Assembly (NCBI RefSeq): GCF_006345805.1
Contig: NC_043017.1
Coordinates: forward strand, 26,226,001 to 26,290,000
Length of the DNA: 64,000 nucleotides
From: Octopus sinensis
Lineage: Eukaryota
Direction of reading: 5' to 3'
A model generated the notes under the pieces. That model was not told the origin of the DNA. It was given only the letters and a program-made list of their open reading frames with translations, and did no database searches. A program made the position numbers and the translations under genes. Below are positions 42,133 through 55,603 of the stretch, piece by piece (positions within the stretch are counted from its first letter, which is position 1; each line of letters opens with the position of its first letter).

Positions 42133-42367
42133 TAGAGAGAGAGAGAGAGAGGAGAGATAGACATATGAATACATACATACACATACACATATATATATAT
42201 AACGGGAAGCTTTATGAAAATAAACAAAAGACGAAGGCAGGTGGAAAACAAACGAACACTTGTATTAGTATGGCGCTCAGGAAATATAAATAAAAGAGAG
42301 AGAGAGATAGACATATGAATACATACATACACACACATATATATATATATATATATACATATAAATG

Positions 42368-42429
<62 letters not shown>

Positions 42430-42785
42430 TACTTATGCGTATATATTCATATATAGGAAGATATATCCATATGTATAAGTTTATATAAGTATATATAGAT
42501 GTGTAGGTGTGTGTGTGTTTATTTGTATATGTGTGTGTGTAATTTTATGTATGTTTATGTATGTATATTTCTCTATAACTGTGGTTTTGTTTAGTATTTT
42601 GAAGATAAACAAGGAAAAAAACTCTTCTAGACGAATTTTTATTTCACAAATTAAATCACAAGTAAGAAATATCAAACATAGAGACATACACATTTCCCCA
42701 CTGACAGACATTGCTATTAGGCCACATAATTTTGTATAAAAAGCACACATACGTGTACGCACATATACATACGTATATATATATA

Positions 42786-42858
<73 letters not shown>

Positions 42859-42889
42859 ATATTATATGTGTATTGGTACATATATATAT

Positions 42890-42944
<55 letters not shown>

Positions 42945-44815
42945 CTATATATCTATATATATATAAATGTGTGTATGTGTGTGTGCGTGCGTGTGTGGTG
43001 TGTGCGTGCGAATACGTATATATGACTATTCAAAGACAACTGTTTCTATGTATAATTGAAATTGTTTCGTGTTAACAGGTGTTCAGAAATACAAGCGTAA
43101 ACAGGCAATCACTTACTTTAAAAAAAGATCCAAAATAACAACTTATATAACTGAAGCAGAATGGAGGAACAATACCCATAAGTATTTGAATGTCTACGTA
43201 GACAATTCCAGTATGTCATTATTCATACTAAAACTCAATTAGATTTATCCGCATTACATGTACGTTTATACATGGATTGCCACATATCTACAGAAATTTC
43301 AATAGACACTGTGTTTATAAATGCTGCGGAGCGGTTGCACTTAATATAAATCTCACAAAAAATAAATGCTTCGTTATGGAGAAACTCTCACAGTTACATT
43401 TGCAATATATAATCGTTTTAAAGTTTGAGAATAAAATTTATGGGAGGGGATAATCTGGTTGCATACAATCCAGTGTTAATCTGGTATTTATGGTATCGAT
43501 TCCCAAAGGAAGAAAGGCAAATTCGATTCAGGCAGAATCTAAGCTGAAGAGAGGAACAAAATGCCGCTAGGCATTCTGCCTGGTGTGCTAGCGATTCTTC
43601 TCTTTTCTACTTTAGGCACAAGGCCCGATATTTTTGGAATGGGGGCTAGTCGACTAGATTGACCACAGTACGCAACAGGTACTTGATTTAACCACCCCGA
43701 AAAGAAGAAACGCAAAGTTGACCTCGACAGAATTTGGACTCAGAACGTAAAGACCGACGGAATACCGCTAAGAATTTCACCTGGCTAAGAATTTCTGCAA
43801 TATATCACAAGCTAAAGGATGGGGACATATGATATAAAACTGATAAATGGTGAGTTATACAAAAGCGAATCGCCGTTTCGAAAATGGTAAGACAATAATT
43901 TCGTCTACGAGAAAGAAAGTGGCGATGTATGTCCATATAAAATATGTGTACCAAAAGTACACAGAGAATTAATCCTTACAAAATAAATAGATAAACATCT
44001 CTACACCGAGAAGATGGCTATATGTTCAGTTTAGGATCTTGAAGTAGAAATTCACCAAAACAGATATCTGTGGCATAATTTCCGAGAAATACAAATTTTA
44101 ATTTTAATTGTAAGCTGTTATCAAAGTGTATATATCTGAGTTAAAGTCGGTGACCTCTTTGAGTGTTATATACTATCCGAACTGAGAGAGCATATGTGAG
44201 ATACGACAAATTATGTTGCGTTACAATATAAGGAACGAGTACCAATTTTGTGTGGTAACATAATTAATAAAGAAAAAAGAAAAGATGGCAGAATAATTTC
44301 ATTCGATTACCACCACGTGGAAGCACCATTTGACCAAAGGAAGAAGCGTTTTTCAGCAAACTTTTAGAGTAGTTTCTATAAAGCAAATTGCAAATAGTCT
44401 GCAGCGACAATAATCTATTACTAAAAGAAAGGTATTGGGAATATTGATTAACTGCAATCATGCTGAAAGTCATGCTGGAAAATGCTTCATTTGAAAACGT
44501 TTATAAAAGGATGTAATTGAAGAAGAGATTGGCTCTGTATTACGGTCTTTAATAAGTAACAATAAGGAGAGTAAAAATGATGTGTTTCGCTAAACGCTTA
44601 CGTTTACGCGTATGAAACAATATAGACAACAAATTATAAACATAGATACATAAAGTAAACCAGTAAAGTAAGCGATTTAAAGTATGTTGTCTTATGTATA
44701 CACACACATAAACACACACACGCGCAGACATGAATATATTATGATACTGTCGGTGTACCGAAATGACTGAAAATATATATTCATGTATATACATATATAT
44801 CAAAATATATATGTA

Positions 44816-44880
<65 letters not shown>

Positions 44881-44997
44881 CAAGTTAATCCAAACAAGAA
44901 AACAAAAGACAACAACGCAAGGATGTGGAACAAATAAAGTATTATGGACGCTCAGGAAAGAAGTGAAGAAGGAGGGTTTGACGTATATATAGATATA

Positions 44998-45076
<79 letters not shown>

Positions 45077-45109
45077 ATATTACAAACAAACATATATTAT
45101 ATATATATA

Positions 45110-45154
<45 letters not shown>

Positions 45155-45187
45155 GATATATATATCCATATATATCCATATATATAC

Positions 45188-45425
45188 ATTATTTAAAGCA
45201 GCAGAAATATAACAAAAGGTGTTAATCAGAGTTTCCCGTTCCCTTTCATCGGACAGTTTTTTTTTTCTTGGTAACAAAACTGTCCGACAATGGGGACGTG
45301 AAACTCTGAGTACAGGTTTTGTTATATTTCTGCAGCTTTTAATAAACCATACTACTCTACCTATGGTATTTCAGTACTCTTTTTCCCCGTTTTTCACATT
45401 TATGTGCTTACTCCGGTTTTATTTA
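45188..45425. mobile_element. Fold-back element with decayed HHR in each arm (family HH4)
   Basis: Imperfect inverted repeat 45188-45260 / 45276-45346. The arms read outward AACTGT-CCGATGA..GAAACTCTGATTA-ACA and AACTGT-CCGACAA..GAAACTCTGAGTA-CAG, and are homologous to 54323-54400. Confidence 0.65.
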
Positions 45426-45445
45426 TTATATATATACATACATAC

Positions 45446-45491
<46 letters not shown>

Positions 45492-46242
45492 CATATATCT
45501 TTGTGTATGTGGGGTGTATATATAATATATATATATATATATATGCATACACATATATATGCGTCTGTATAATTACATAAGTACATAGATAAATATACGG
45601 ATACATACAAATGTATGAGTGTATCTAGACTTACTAAATAAACGTAGGTAGCTAGGTCTATACGACAGTAATTATGTACTCACACCAACCGGCGCACAGA
45701 TATATGTATATATCAATGCACGCTTATATAATGATAACGATAAAATTTTAGATTCAAAGCTAGATATATTTATAAATAGATTTGTAGATAGAGAGATATC
45801 AAAATAAATTTGTTTTGATTAGTTCTGTGCAATTAAAACTTGGTGAATGCCGCTCATTTATCAAAACTTTCAAATTTCATGAATGGCTAGATTTGAATTA
45901 CGGAGAGATATCAATCAAAAATATATTTAGAAATTCGCCGACATTATCTAAATTTAAAAAGAAAAAAAATATACAGATGATAAATAGATTGAGTTAAGTG
46001 TCTGAAATGAGAATTGTAACAATGTTCAGCACATTTAGTGTATTGAAATGTGTATGTATATACGTATACATATACATATTATACATATATATATACATAT
46101 ATATATACATATACATATACATATACATAATATATATATATATATTATATATATATATACCTATATATATATATATATATTATATATATAGTATATATAT
46201 ATATATATATATGTGTATAATATATATATATATAATATATAT

Positions 46243-46291
<49 letters not shown>

Positions 46292-46517
46292 GCATATATA
46301 TACAGAGAGAGAGAGAGAGAGGGAGCGAAAGAGAGATAGATATATATGTATGTGTATATGCACACAGTTAGAAAACACACACATATATATACTATATATA
46401 TGTATAATATATATAGATATATATATATATATATATATACAATATATATATATATATATATATATAACAGATATATACGTATATATATTTATATATGCAT
46501 ATATATACATATGCATG

Positions 46518-46565
<48 letters not shown>

Positions 46566-46619
46566 AAGCGAAAAAGAGATAGATAGATATGTAGTATGCG
46601 TATATACACACTGTTAAAA

Positions 46620-46650
<31 letters not shown>

Positions 46651-46722
46651 TATATATATTATATATATGTATAGTCTGTGTTTCTATGTATTCATAAATT
46701 TATATTATAATATTATATATAT

Positions 46723-46771
<49 letters not shown>

Positions 46772-46979
46772 GTGTGTGTGTGTGTTTGTGGGTGTGTGTG
46801 TGTGTGTAACTAAAGAATGTGTTAAAACAAAAAGGGAAGAAAGGAATTAAAACGAGGAAATTATTTTAAAATATTTCATCAGATTCTTTTGTGAATGATT
46901 CCTATGACTTTTATATTAATTGAAATCTTTCGCTTCGCAATGCATGTACGTACACACATATAGATTCATATATAGATAT

Positions 46980-47017
<38 letters not shown>

Positions 47018-47721
47018 ATAGATCGCACATACGTACAAATATTTAAACGCGTGAACCATTGTATATACTTGTAGAATTCATGTGGAATCACTACGCGATT
47101 TTCTATTTTGTTATACTATTTACTATTAAGCACCATATATTATGTTACCCTCGCTTTTCGAGAAGTAACGAAATCAGTTATCCTGCAGAGTATGTTTTTC
47201 ATTGAGTGAGATCGATTGCTGGCGTTTTGTTTGCTAAAATTTTTCAGTTGAGGAAATATATTATCTAGTACCTCATAGAGAATTAAGCTGAAAGTTATTT
47301 ATAACAATTTAAGAAGTCGCTTAATTATTTACAGAACGACTGTATGGCTTTCTGGGACATTTAAAATGGGTTCTAAATATATGGGTTTCAATAAACATGA
47401 ACTTTTGACCTCTTTTTGTAAGAAATGAAGAACGCTTGCACTAAAACCTTAGATAATTCATAAGACAGACAATTCGGCTAGTACTCACTAGCTGCTACAC
47501 TCGGTGAAATAATTCAAATGTATTACATGTATTTAACCAAATATTGGGATGTGTGCATGTGTGTTCCAATGCGAAATGGTTTATGAACGCCACGTCGCAA
47601 TGCTAAACGATTTTCACGTGGACTGTCCCTGAGAAGCTGATGACCACCGGCTGGTAAGGCAAAAACCTAAGCAGGGAGGTTCTCTCTCCAGCTGATCAAC
47701 CAAGCATTTGCACACCTATTT

Positions 47722-47945
47722 CTTTACTACCCACGAGGGGCTAAACACAGAGAGGACAAACAAGGAAAGACAAACGGATAAAGTCGATTATACCGACCCC
47801 AGTACGTAACTGGTACTTATTTAATCGATCCCGAAAGGATGAAAGGCAAAGTCGACCACGGCGGAATTTTAACTCAGAACGTAAAGACAGACGAAATACC
47901 GCTAAGCATTTCGCCCGGCGTGCTAACGTTTCTGCCAGCTCGCTC
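47722..47945 (-). mobile_element. SINE family B
   Basis: Colinear with 13845-14066. Confidence 0.87.
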
Positions 47946-48377
47946 ACACCATTGAGGAGAACCCAAGTCAAGTAGACAGGGAACCCTGTTCGAGTGCCTA
48001 GCACCCAACAACTCCCTAACTGTTTTAAAGCAAATTGACGGGAGGCAAGCGCATGCAAGGTGAACAGAAAAGCTGATTCAAGATTGCATTAAAATTCCCA
48101 ATGTAGAGCTTTGAAAGCAACACCTACGCCTACAAACTGCAAATAGAGAAACACCCCTACATGGCCAGTGCGACAGTGGTGCCGCCCCCTACACACCGAA
48201 CGGATTTTCAGGCGCATCAAGAAAATTCGAACTGCATAAGACCAAAGTCATATACTTGTCTTTAGTTCCAGTATACCAACAGTGATCGATCTGCGGCAGA
48301 ATTTTCCGACCAACCATCGGCCAGATCGGCTACATGCTAACTGAAACCCATATCTATCAATCTGTCTATTCATCTAA

Positions 48378-48421
<44 letters not shown>

Positions 48422-48456
48422 GTATGTATGTATGTATGTATGTATGTATCTATCTG

Positions 48457-48507
<51 letters not shown>

Positions 48508-48530
48508 CTCTCCTCTCTCTCTCTCTCTAT

Positions 48531-48572
<42 letters not shown>

Positions 48573-48843
48573 CAACAATTGAGGGTAAAATTAATTAATT
48601 AATTAATCAATTTCACCAAGTATTCAGTATGCAAAGGGACCATTTAAGGCAAATTCAAATTATTACATTATATAAAAGGGCTTAGTAAAATAAATTACTT
48701 TGCCGCATACTGAACTCGTTAAAATAGCAGCTAAAAAAACTATTTCTAACACTTAAAGAAAACTCTCTCATATAGTGTTTGCTCAATTCAACTCAAGAAA
48801 GTATGAGGGTAGAGACATTAAAAAATCAAATGCAAAGGTTATT

Positions 48844-48897
48844 TGAGTACGTACGTTTCAAAGATTAGCCAAAATCGACCCTTCTCTCATCAGCTCA
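48844..48897 (-). ncRNA. Type-I hammerhead ribozyme motif (HH3, inverted copy)
   Basis: Reverse complement of 49323-49375 with one extra base in stem II. Confidence 0.8.
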
Positions 48898-49322
48898 GAA
48901 TGCCCTTGTTTGAATTTGAAAACACTGAAAATGGGAGCATACCCTTTCGGCTTGTTATCGCTTCTGAAGATCTGCTCCAAACTAACAGTGCCAACAAACT
49001 CAAATATGCAGAGAAAAATTTCTGCTCTCCCTTTCCACCAGCGTGGAATACTTGGTGAAATTGTTAATTAATTAATTAATTTTACCCTCAATTGTGAAAT
49101 TATAATTCATCTATCTCTACTTATTGTCTCGGATTTTACCGAAAAAAACATAGTGTTTGCTGATTTTAACCTACGCTGGTGGAAAGGGGAGAGCAGAAAT
49201 TTTTCTCTTGCATATTTTTGAGTTTGTTGGCACTGTTAGTTTGGAGCAGATCTTCAGAAGCGATAACAAGCCGAACGGGGATGCTCCCATTTTCAGTGTT
49301 TTCAAATTCAAACAAGGGCTTC

Positions 49323-49375
49323 TGAGCTGATGAGAGAAGGGTCGATTTTGGCTAATCTTGAAACGTACGTACTCA
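49323..49375 (+). ncRNA. Type-I hammerhead ribozyme motif (HH3, copy 1)
   Basis: TGAG-CTGATGA-GAGA..GGTCGATTTTGGCT..TCTT-GAAA-CGTACG-TA-CTCA. Palindromic stem III; predicted GUA cleavage after 49371. Confidence 0.87.
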
Positions 49376-49867
49376 AATAACCTTTGCATTTGATTTTTAA
49401 TGCTCTACCCTCAATACTTCTTGAGTTGAATTGAGCAAACACTATATGAGAGAGGTTTTCTTTAGTGTTAGAATAGTTTTTTTAGCTGCTATTTCTAACG
49501 AGTTCAGTATGCGGCAAAGTATTTATTTAACTAACCCTTTTATATAATGTAATAATTGAAGTTGCCTTAAATGGTCCCTTTGCATACTGAATACTTGTGA
49601 AATTGATTAATTAATTAATTAATTTTACCCTCAATTGTTGAAATTATAATTCATCTCTCTCTACTTAATTGTCTCGGATTTTACCGAAAAAAAACATAGT
49701 GTTTGCTGATTTTAACCCACGCTGGTGGAAAGGGGAGAGCAGAAATTTTTCTCTTGCATATTTGAGTTTGTTGGCACTGTTAGTTTGGAGCAGATCTTCA
49801 GAAGCGATAACAAGCCGAAAGGGTATGCTCCCATTTTCAGTGTTTTCAAATTCAAACAAGGGCATTC

Positions 49868-49920
49868 TGAGCTGATGAGAGAAGGGTCGATTTTGGCTAA
49901 TCTTGAAACGTACGTACTCA
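49868..49920 (+). ncRNA. Type-I hammerhead ribozyme motif (HH3, copy 2)
   Basis: Same sequence as 49323-49375; predicted cleavage after 49916. Confidence 0.87.
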
Positions 49921-50264
49921 AATAACCTTTGCATTTGATTTAATGTCTCTACCCTCATACTTTCTTGAGTTGAATTGACAAACACTATATGAGAGAGGTT
50001 TTCTTTAAGTGTTAGAAATAGTTTTTTTAGCTGCTATTTCTAACGAGTTCAGTATGCGGCAAAGTAATTTATTTTACTAAGCCCTTTTATATAATTATTA
50101 TATAATATATATTATATATATATAATATAGATAAATGAAGTAAATGCGTGTTTGTATTATGTATATATATATATATGTGTGTTGTATGTAATATGTAATG
50201 TATATATATATATATATTGTGTGTTGGTGGTGTGTGTGTGTGTATGTGTGTGTGTATGTGTGTA

Positions 50265-50505
50265 TGGAGGCGCAATGGTCCAGTGGTTAGGGCGGCGGAC
50301 TCGCGGTCGGAAGATCGCGGTTTCGATTCCCTGTGGCGACCCCTGTTGTACTCTCTCGCCACAATTTTATCTCACTCTTTCTTCCTGTCTCTTGAGTAAC
50401 GCTGCGATGGACTGGAGTCTAGTCTTGCTGGGGGTGCGGGGCACATGCACTACAGAAACCGGGAGAACAGGCCCATGAGTCTGGCTATGCTTGAAAAGAG
50501 CAACG
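50265..50505 (+). mobile_element. SINE family D variant, internally deleted, alternative tail
   Basis: GGAGGCGCAATGGTCCAGTGGTTAGGGCGGCGGACTCGCGG..GGTTTCGATTCC, with tail CTACAGAAACCGGGAGAACAGGCCCATGAG. Confidence 0.72.
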
Positions 50506-50515
50506 TTTATATTTA

Positions 50516-50559
<44 letters not shown>

Positions 50560-50725
50560 GTGAAATAGAAAGATGAATATCTTTGTTGTAGATTAATCAA
50601 AGTTAACCGATACCTTATTAGCAAAATCACAGCAGTAAACAGCACGGTTGAGGTACAACCATCTGGTGTTCAATCTGCGTTCAGCTCATTTCTTCAATTC
50701 ACCAATAATGTTTTATATATATATA

Positions 50726-50757
<32 letters not shown>

Positions 50758-52521
50758 CAACTTGATCACTTGACCGATCATTCCGTCAGGCGTCCATTTG
50801 ACACCGCTGGTCACAGCACGCTGTCCACTCCTCTCTGGATCGCACCTTTGTCATCCACGTGATCCCAATCGTTCTCCTGAGATCGTAACTCCACCGTCGT
50901 GGAGGTATTCCGGGTGGTCTTTTCCGCTCACGCGGGTACCACTTAACAACTGCGTGCGTCCACCGATTATCGGTGAGCCGGGCGACGTGTCCAACCCATC
51001 TATACTTGCTAAGTACGGGCCGGATGGAAGTCGTTCAATGGCATAAGGGATGTGCAAAAGAGACCGATAGAATAAGTGCCAGGCTTACAAAGAATAAGTT
51101 CTGCGGTCGATTTGCTCGACTAAAAGGCTGTGCTCCAGCATGGCCACAGTCAAATGACTGAAACACTTAAAAGTTAGAGTAATGTTTAACTCTTTTAAGT
51201 TATTGGAAATCTGGAGGCATTTATAAAAAAAAGTATGCATTGCTAATTAGTTGCTAAACATAATTAATGTGATTATTAAGAATTTCCTCCTATGTTCACC
51301 ATGTGATACGCAATGATATTCCAACGGGCGATACAACAAGCTTAACAACAATTTCAAGAGCAACAATATATATATTTAGTGCGAAACGCCTCTCTAGTTT
51401 CTTCAATATTATTCAAACCTAAAGCAATAACGTTTAAAAGCATGAAAAATGTGTCAAATTGCTTTCAAGTTTTTCGGCCAAAAGCGAAATTTCGTTAGTA
51501 AATTAGATAATCGATGGTTTTCAATTTGGGGATTTACTCTTTCTTGTTAGAAGCAAAAGGAAAAATTTAAGAATTCTTTAATCCGTTGAGATTAGAACAC
51601 AGAACATACAGGCGACAAATTGTATGCAGAAAATGATTTAATTATATACTAAACCCATTTTGTTTTAAATTATTGTACAGTAATATGGAAAAATATGTAT
51701 ATTAGATGATCTTGTGGCATTCTGCCATAGAACGTTCATAACAGGAATTAGGAAATTTCTTGGAAATGTTGTAAACTATATCCTAAACTAAATTTATTTT
51801 GTTTCTGCCATTGAGTTTTACATGTGACAATGCTTGTAGGGTAAACGATAATATATGATAAATATACTACTTAACGGTAAACAGTGACGGCTCTGTTAGG
51901 TTTTCCTCCAGAAAAATTATATTAAATTATATTGAAGAATGTGGACAGTAATAAGGAGAAATATATGCGGTTGGAAGCAGACCTTTGTGTAGTTGTTATA
52001 AATGCTAGATATAGAAGCCTGTTCCGTTTAAATTTTACCCTACTGCATTAAGTAAGGATCGGGGAGGTTATATGATATAACCATATATACAGTTTAAAGT
52101 GGTTGTTCGCTGTTACTAATGTCATTTGACCGTAGGATTGTTTGACCGGGTCGTAATCGGAAGCTGAAAAACAAGAGCACATAAGGAATACTAAGTTATT
52201 TTCCAGTGGTCTACTATCGTAAGAAGTGATATGAAGGAAATTATAGCTTCATCGTTTCATCGTTATGAAATATTATGGTGCTGATGAAAATTTTAGATCA
52301 GTGTGAGGAAGAAATTAAGTGTTTTTACAGAGAATTGTAGTACATTTCTGTAAGCGATTAGTATTTTACGGTCGAGATCTAAAATCCACGGAACAAATTC
52401 CATGAAGGAGAGAAAATATTGTAACAAGCTACAAGATCATATCATTAGCAAAAATTATTGCCGTATCAAGCACAATTACAAACAATTCTGAAATATACAC
52501 AATCGTAACTGATTGCAAACG

Positions 52522-52555
<34 letters not shown>

Positions 52556-52559
<4 letters not shown>

Positions 52560-52773
52560 GCATCACGATGCAGCACGAAGTTTTGTCAGTGAACAGGTCG
52601 CGGTCTCAAAGCGACGAAAATATCTTGACAAAATAAATTTAAATGTTTGAAGTGAATCTAACGGTTTTTGTGTGTTTCTTAAATGGCTTATAAACACCTT
52701 CCACGCTGCAATTATTTTCGTTCCAGCACACGATCTCAGATCAAGTCACTCGCTATGCAAGTACATGTCCGTA

Positions 52774-52775
<2 letters not shown>
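52556..52775 (+). mobile_element. TA-flanked non-coding repeat with a variant-core hammerhead candidate (HH5, 52581-52633)
   Basis: TTTTGTCA-GTGAACA-G-GTCGC-GGTCTCAAA-GCGAC-GAAA-ATATC-T-TGACAAAA. An 8-bp stem I and a 5-bp stem II bracket the core positions. Confidence 0.55.
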
Positions 52776-52818
<43 letters not shown>

Positions 52819-53138
52819 GTGTGTGTGTGTGTGTGTGTGTTTGTCCTCACCGTCGGTTGTCAACAGATGTTGGTGTGTTTACGTCCCCGTAACTTAGCAG
52901 TTTGGCAAAATATTTCTGCAGACAAAAATACACCAGGCTAACAATAGATGGCTTTTGACCGGTATTGTATTCCAGGTATACCGATATCGAAGGCCGAAAT
53001 GGAAAGCTGAATTCGAAAGGGGAAATCGATGTCTATATCAGGAGAAATTTGCAAATCCATCGTTGCATTAACAGTTTAAGATTTAAATATTTTTAGGGAG
53101 CAACACATAGATTATACAGAAATAATTGGTTATATGTA

Positions 53139-53576
53139 CAGTTGCGGCCAAAATGTTCAGAACGGCATTGTTTTCGTCAGAAAAGTAGATATAATTTTTT
53201 ATCAAAGTAGTTTTGATAAAAGTAAGAAATTGAAAATTTAATTTCATCATGCAGTCGAAGATGTCAGAGTGTGATTGAAACTAAAGGGCTTCACACTAAA
53301 TATTAAATAATTCCAGTATTCTCCATCATTTTTTATTATTTTGTTAGTTTTTAAACCGTTCTGATCATTTTGGCCGCCATGGGTCTTGCAGTAAATCACT
53401 AAATCATCCATAACTTTTGTATTATCCTCTCAAATTACACCAAAATCTCAGGCAATAACAATTAATATTGTATTTATTGTCTGTGAAAATTATCGAATAT
53501 AAAACTACTTTCATAAAAAATTATATCTACTTTTCTGACGAAAACAATGCTGTTCTGAAAATTTTGGCCGCAACTG
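53139..53576. mobile_element. Tc1/mariner-type MITE (438 bp, about 75-bp TIRs, TA target duplication)
   Basis: TA|CAGTTGCGGCCAAAAT..TTTTCGTCAGAAAAGTAGATATAATTTTT at the left, the reverse complement ..ATTTTGGCCGCAACTG|TA at the right, and a partial internal TIR copy near 53355-53378. Confidence 0.88.
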
Positions 53577-54147
53577 TATCTATGTACTCATTATAGTTTT
53601 ACTATTGTTTCGGATAAGAATGTGGGTGCGTTTATGGTTCAAATTTTACAATAGATCGATTGATGCACTAAAAAATATAGGGAAACACCAGCACAATTCC
53701 ATCATGCTCAGCGGCAAAACAAATAACTGCCAAAGAAAAAGATGAAGGAAAAGAAACAGGATGCAATTCAGTTTGCGGGTCGCTTATCCAAAACTAGGTG
53801 CGCTGCTTCTGGCCGTCAATCTTAAGCTATTGGTCCCCTTTTAACTCGATGAATAGTATTTACATCGGGTAGTGGCAGACGTTTGAGATTTTGCAGATAT
53901 ATTTTGGGAAAAAATGTGGGAGAGAGGTATTTGCAACCATAAAACCTAAATGCATCTGTGGTATTGGTATTTATTTTAAATCAGAAGAGTCTAAATCTGT
54001 CTAAAATATTACTTAGAAATATTATTCGTATCATTATTTACCTCATCCATCCATCCATCCATCCATACGTACATACATATATATATAAATTTATTTCCGT
54101 AAACCTGCCTTCGTCTTTTGTCTATTTTCATAAAGCTTACCGTTATA

Positions 54148-54205
<58 letters not shown>

Positions 54206-54355
54206 TATGGCATATATGAATGTTTCGAAACTGCATATTCTCAATTCCGAAGCTTTTCTATGTACTTTTCGCCAAATTCGTTCGACTCCATTCTTCATTA
54301 TATATAATATATATATATATATACTTTATTTTAAGCAGCGGAAATTCAACAAAAT

Positions 54356-54395
54356 CTGTTACTCTGAGTTTCTCGTTGCCGTTCATCAGACAGTT
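54356..54395 (-). ncRNA. Minimal type-I hammerhead ribozyme motif (HH4)
   Basis: Minus strand: AACTGT-CTGATGA-A-CG-GCAA-CG-A-GAAA-CTCAGAG-TA-ACAG. Stem I CTGT/ACAG, very short stem II with a GNRA loop, near-palindromic stem III, GUA triplet. Confidence 0.7.
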
Positions 54396-54454
54396 TTTGC
54401 TAGAATGGAACTGATATATCAATTCCTGATATATCAATATTATATTATATATAG

Positions 54455-54513
<59 letters not shown>

Positions 54514-55417
54514 GTGTGTGTGTGTGCGTGCGCGTGTGTGTGTGTGGTGTGTGTGTTGTACATACATGCATATACACACACGCACATATATAACTGTATA
54601 GGTGTGTGTATGTGAGTGTATGTGTGTGCGCGCTCGTATGTGTATTTATAAAGAGAAAGAGAAATACGCGTAGACAGAAACGAAGATACAACTGGGTAGA
54701 TGTATAGTGATGGAGGCCAATTGTAAAAGGGAAGAATGAATAGTTGATCATGAAAATGATAATGATGATGATGATGATGAGAAAGAGTTGACTGCACAGC
54801 TGGGTCTTCTCGGTGAGAGTGTTCGATCAAATTTCTTGGATGTTTCGGTTTACAGCATTTTATTATTGAGTGCGTACTCCCTCTAAACCAAACTAATTAA
54901 TTTGCAAGTCTTATTGTCATCAGCAGATGCAATAACTGTAATTGTTTGTTCCATTCCAAGGAGGCCTTCTCAGCCACAGAGGAAGCAAAATCAGTGTTGG
55001 AAACTATAACACATATTAATCAACGTAACAGCTCACAGACAGAAGAAGACATTTGCCGCACTCAAATGCATACATCAAATATACGATACATTTGATAGTT
55101 TCGGCGTGCAGCGCGATGGAGAATTTAATTCCAAGATCATGTTTTCTACTTAGGTATAGGAACGAATTTAAAAGTTAGTCACGCACCGGTATGCAGCATA
55201 TAATTAATGGAGTGAAACCATAAGGGATAGAAGTATGTTATATTACAATAGAATACATTGAATATATGTGATGTTGAATATTTGGAGGGAAATATATATA
55301 TATATATATATATATAATTAATCAATATAGGGTGGCAAAAAATTTTGTAGAATTTTTTTGCCACCAGCGGCCTAGTGGGAAAAAATTAAATAGTCATAGA
55401 CCATTTTTAAGTTCAAC

Positions 55418-55603
55418 ATCAACAATCAAGGAACGGCCATAATAGGCCATTCACCCACTAGAAATAACAGCCAAAGCTTCAACCGCAAGGTAAATGTTTT
55501 TTAAATTTTCTCCTGGTTTACGGAATTGATTTTTATTTGCGGTTGAAGCTTTGGCTGTTATTTCTAGTGGGTGAATGGCCTATTATGGCCGTTCCTTGAT
55601 TGT

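Larger units (their letters stand above)
48568..50095. mobile_element. HHR family HH3 array: one inverted permuted monomer (48568-49045, minus) plus about 1.9 tandem 545-bp monomers (49046-50095, plus)
   Basis: GAATACTTG(G)TGAAATTG..TTAATTAATT recurs at 49046 and about 49589. Three HHRs, no long ORF, (TA)n at both ends. Confidence 0.82.

Noticed and set aside
47635-47675. CTGATGA-CCACCGGCTGG as an HHR
   Set aside because: No GAAA, UH triplet or stem I partner downstream.
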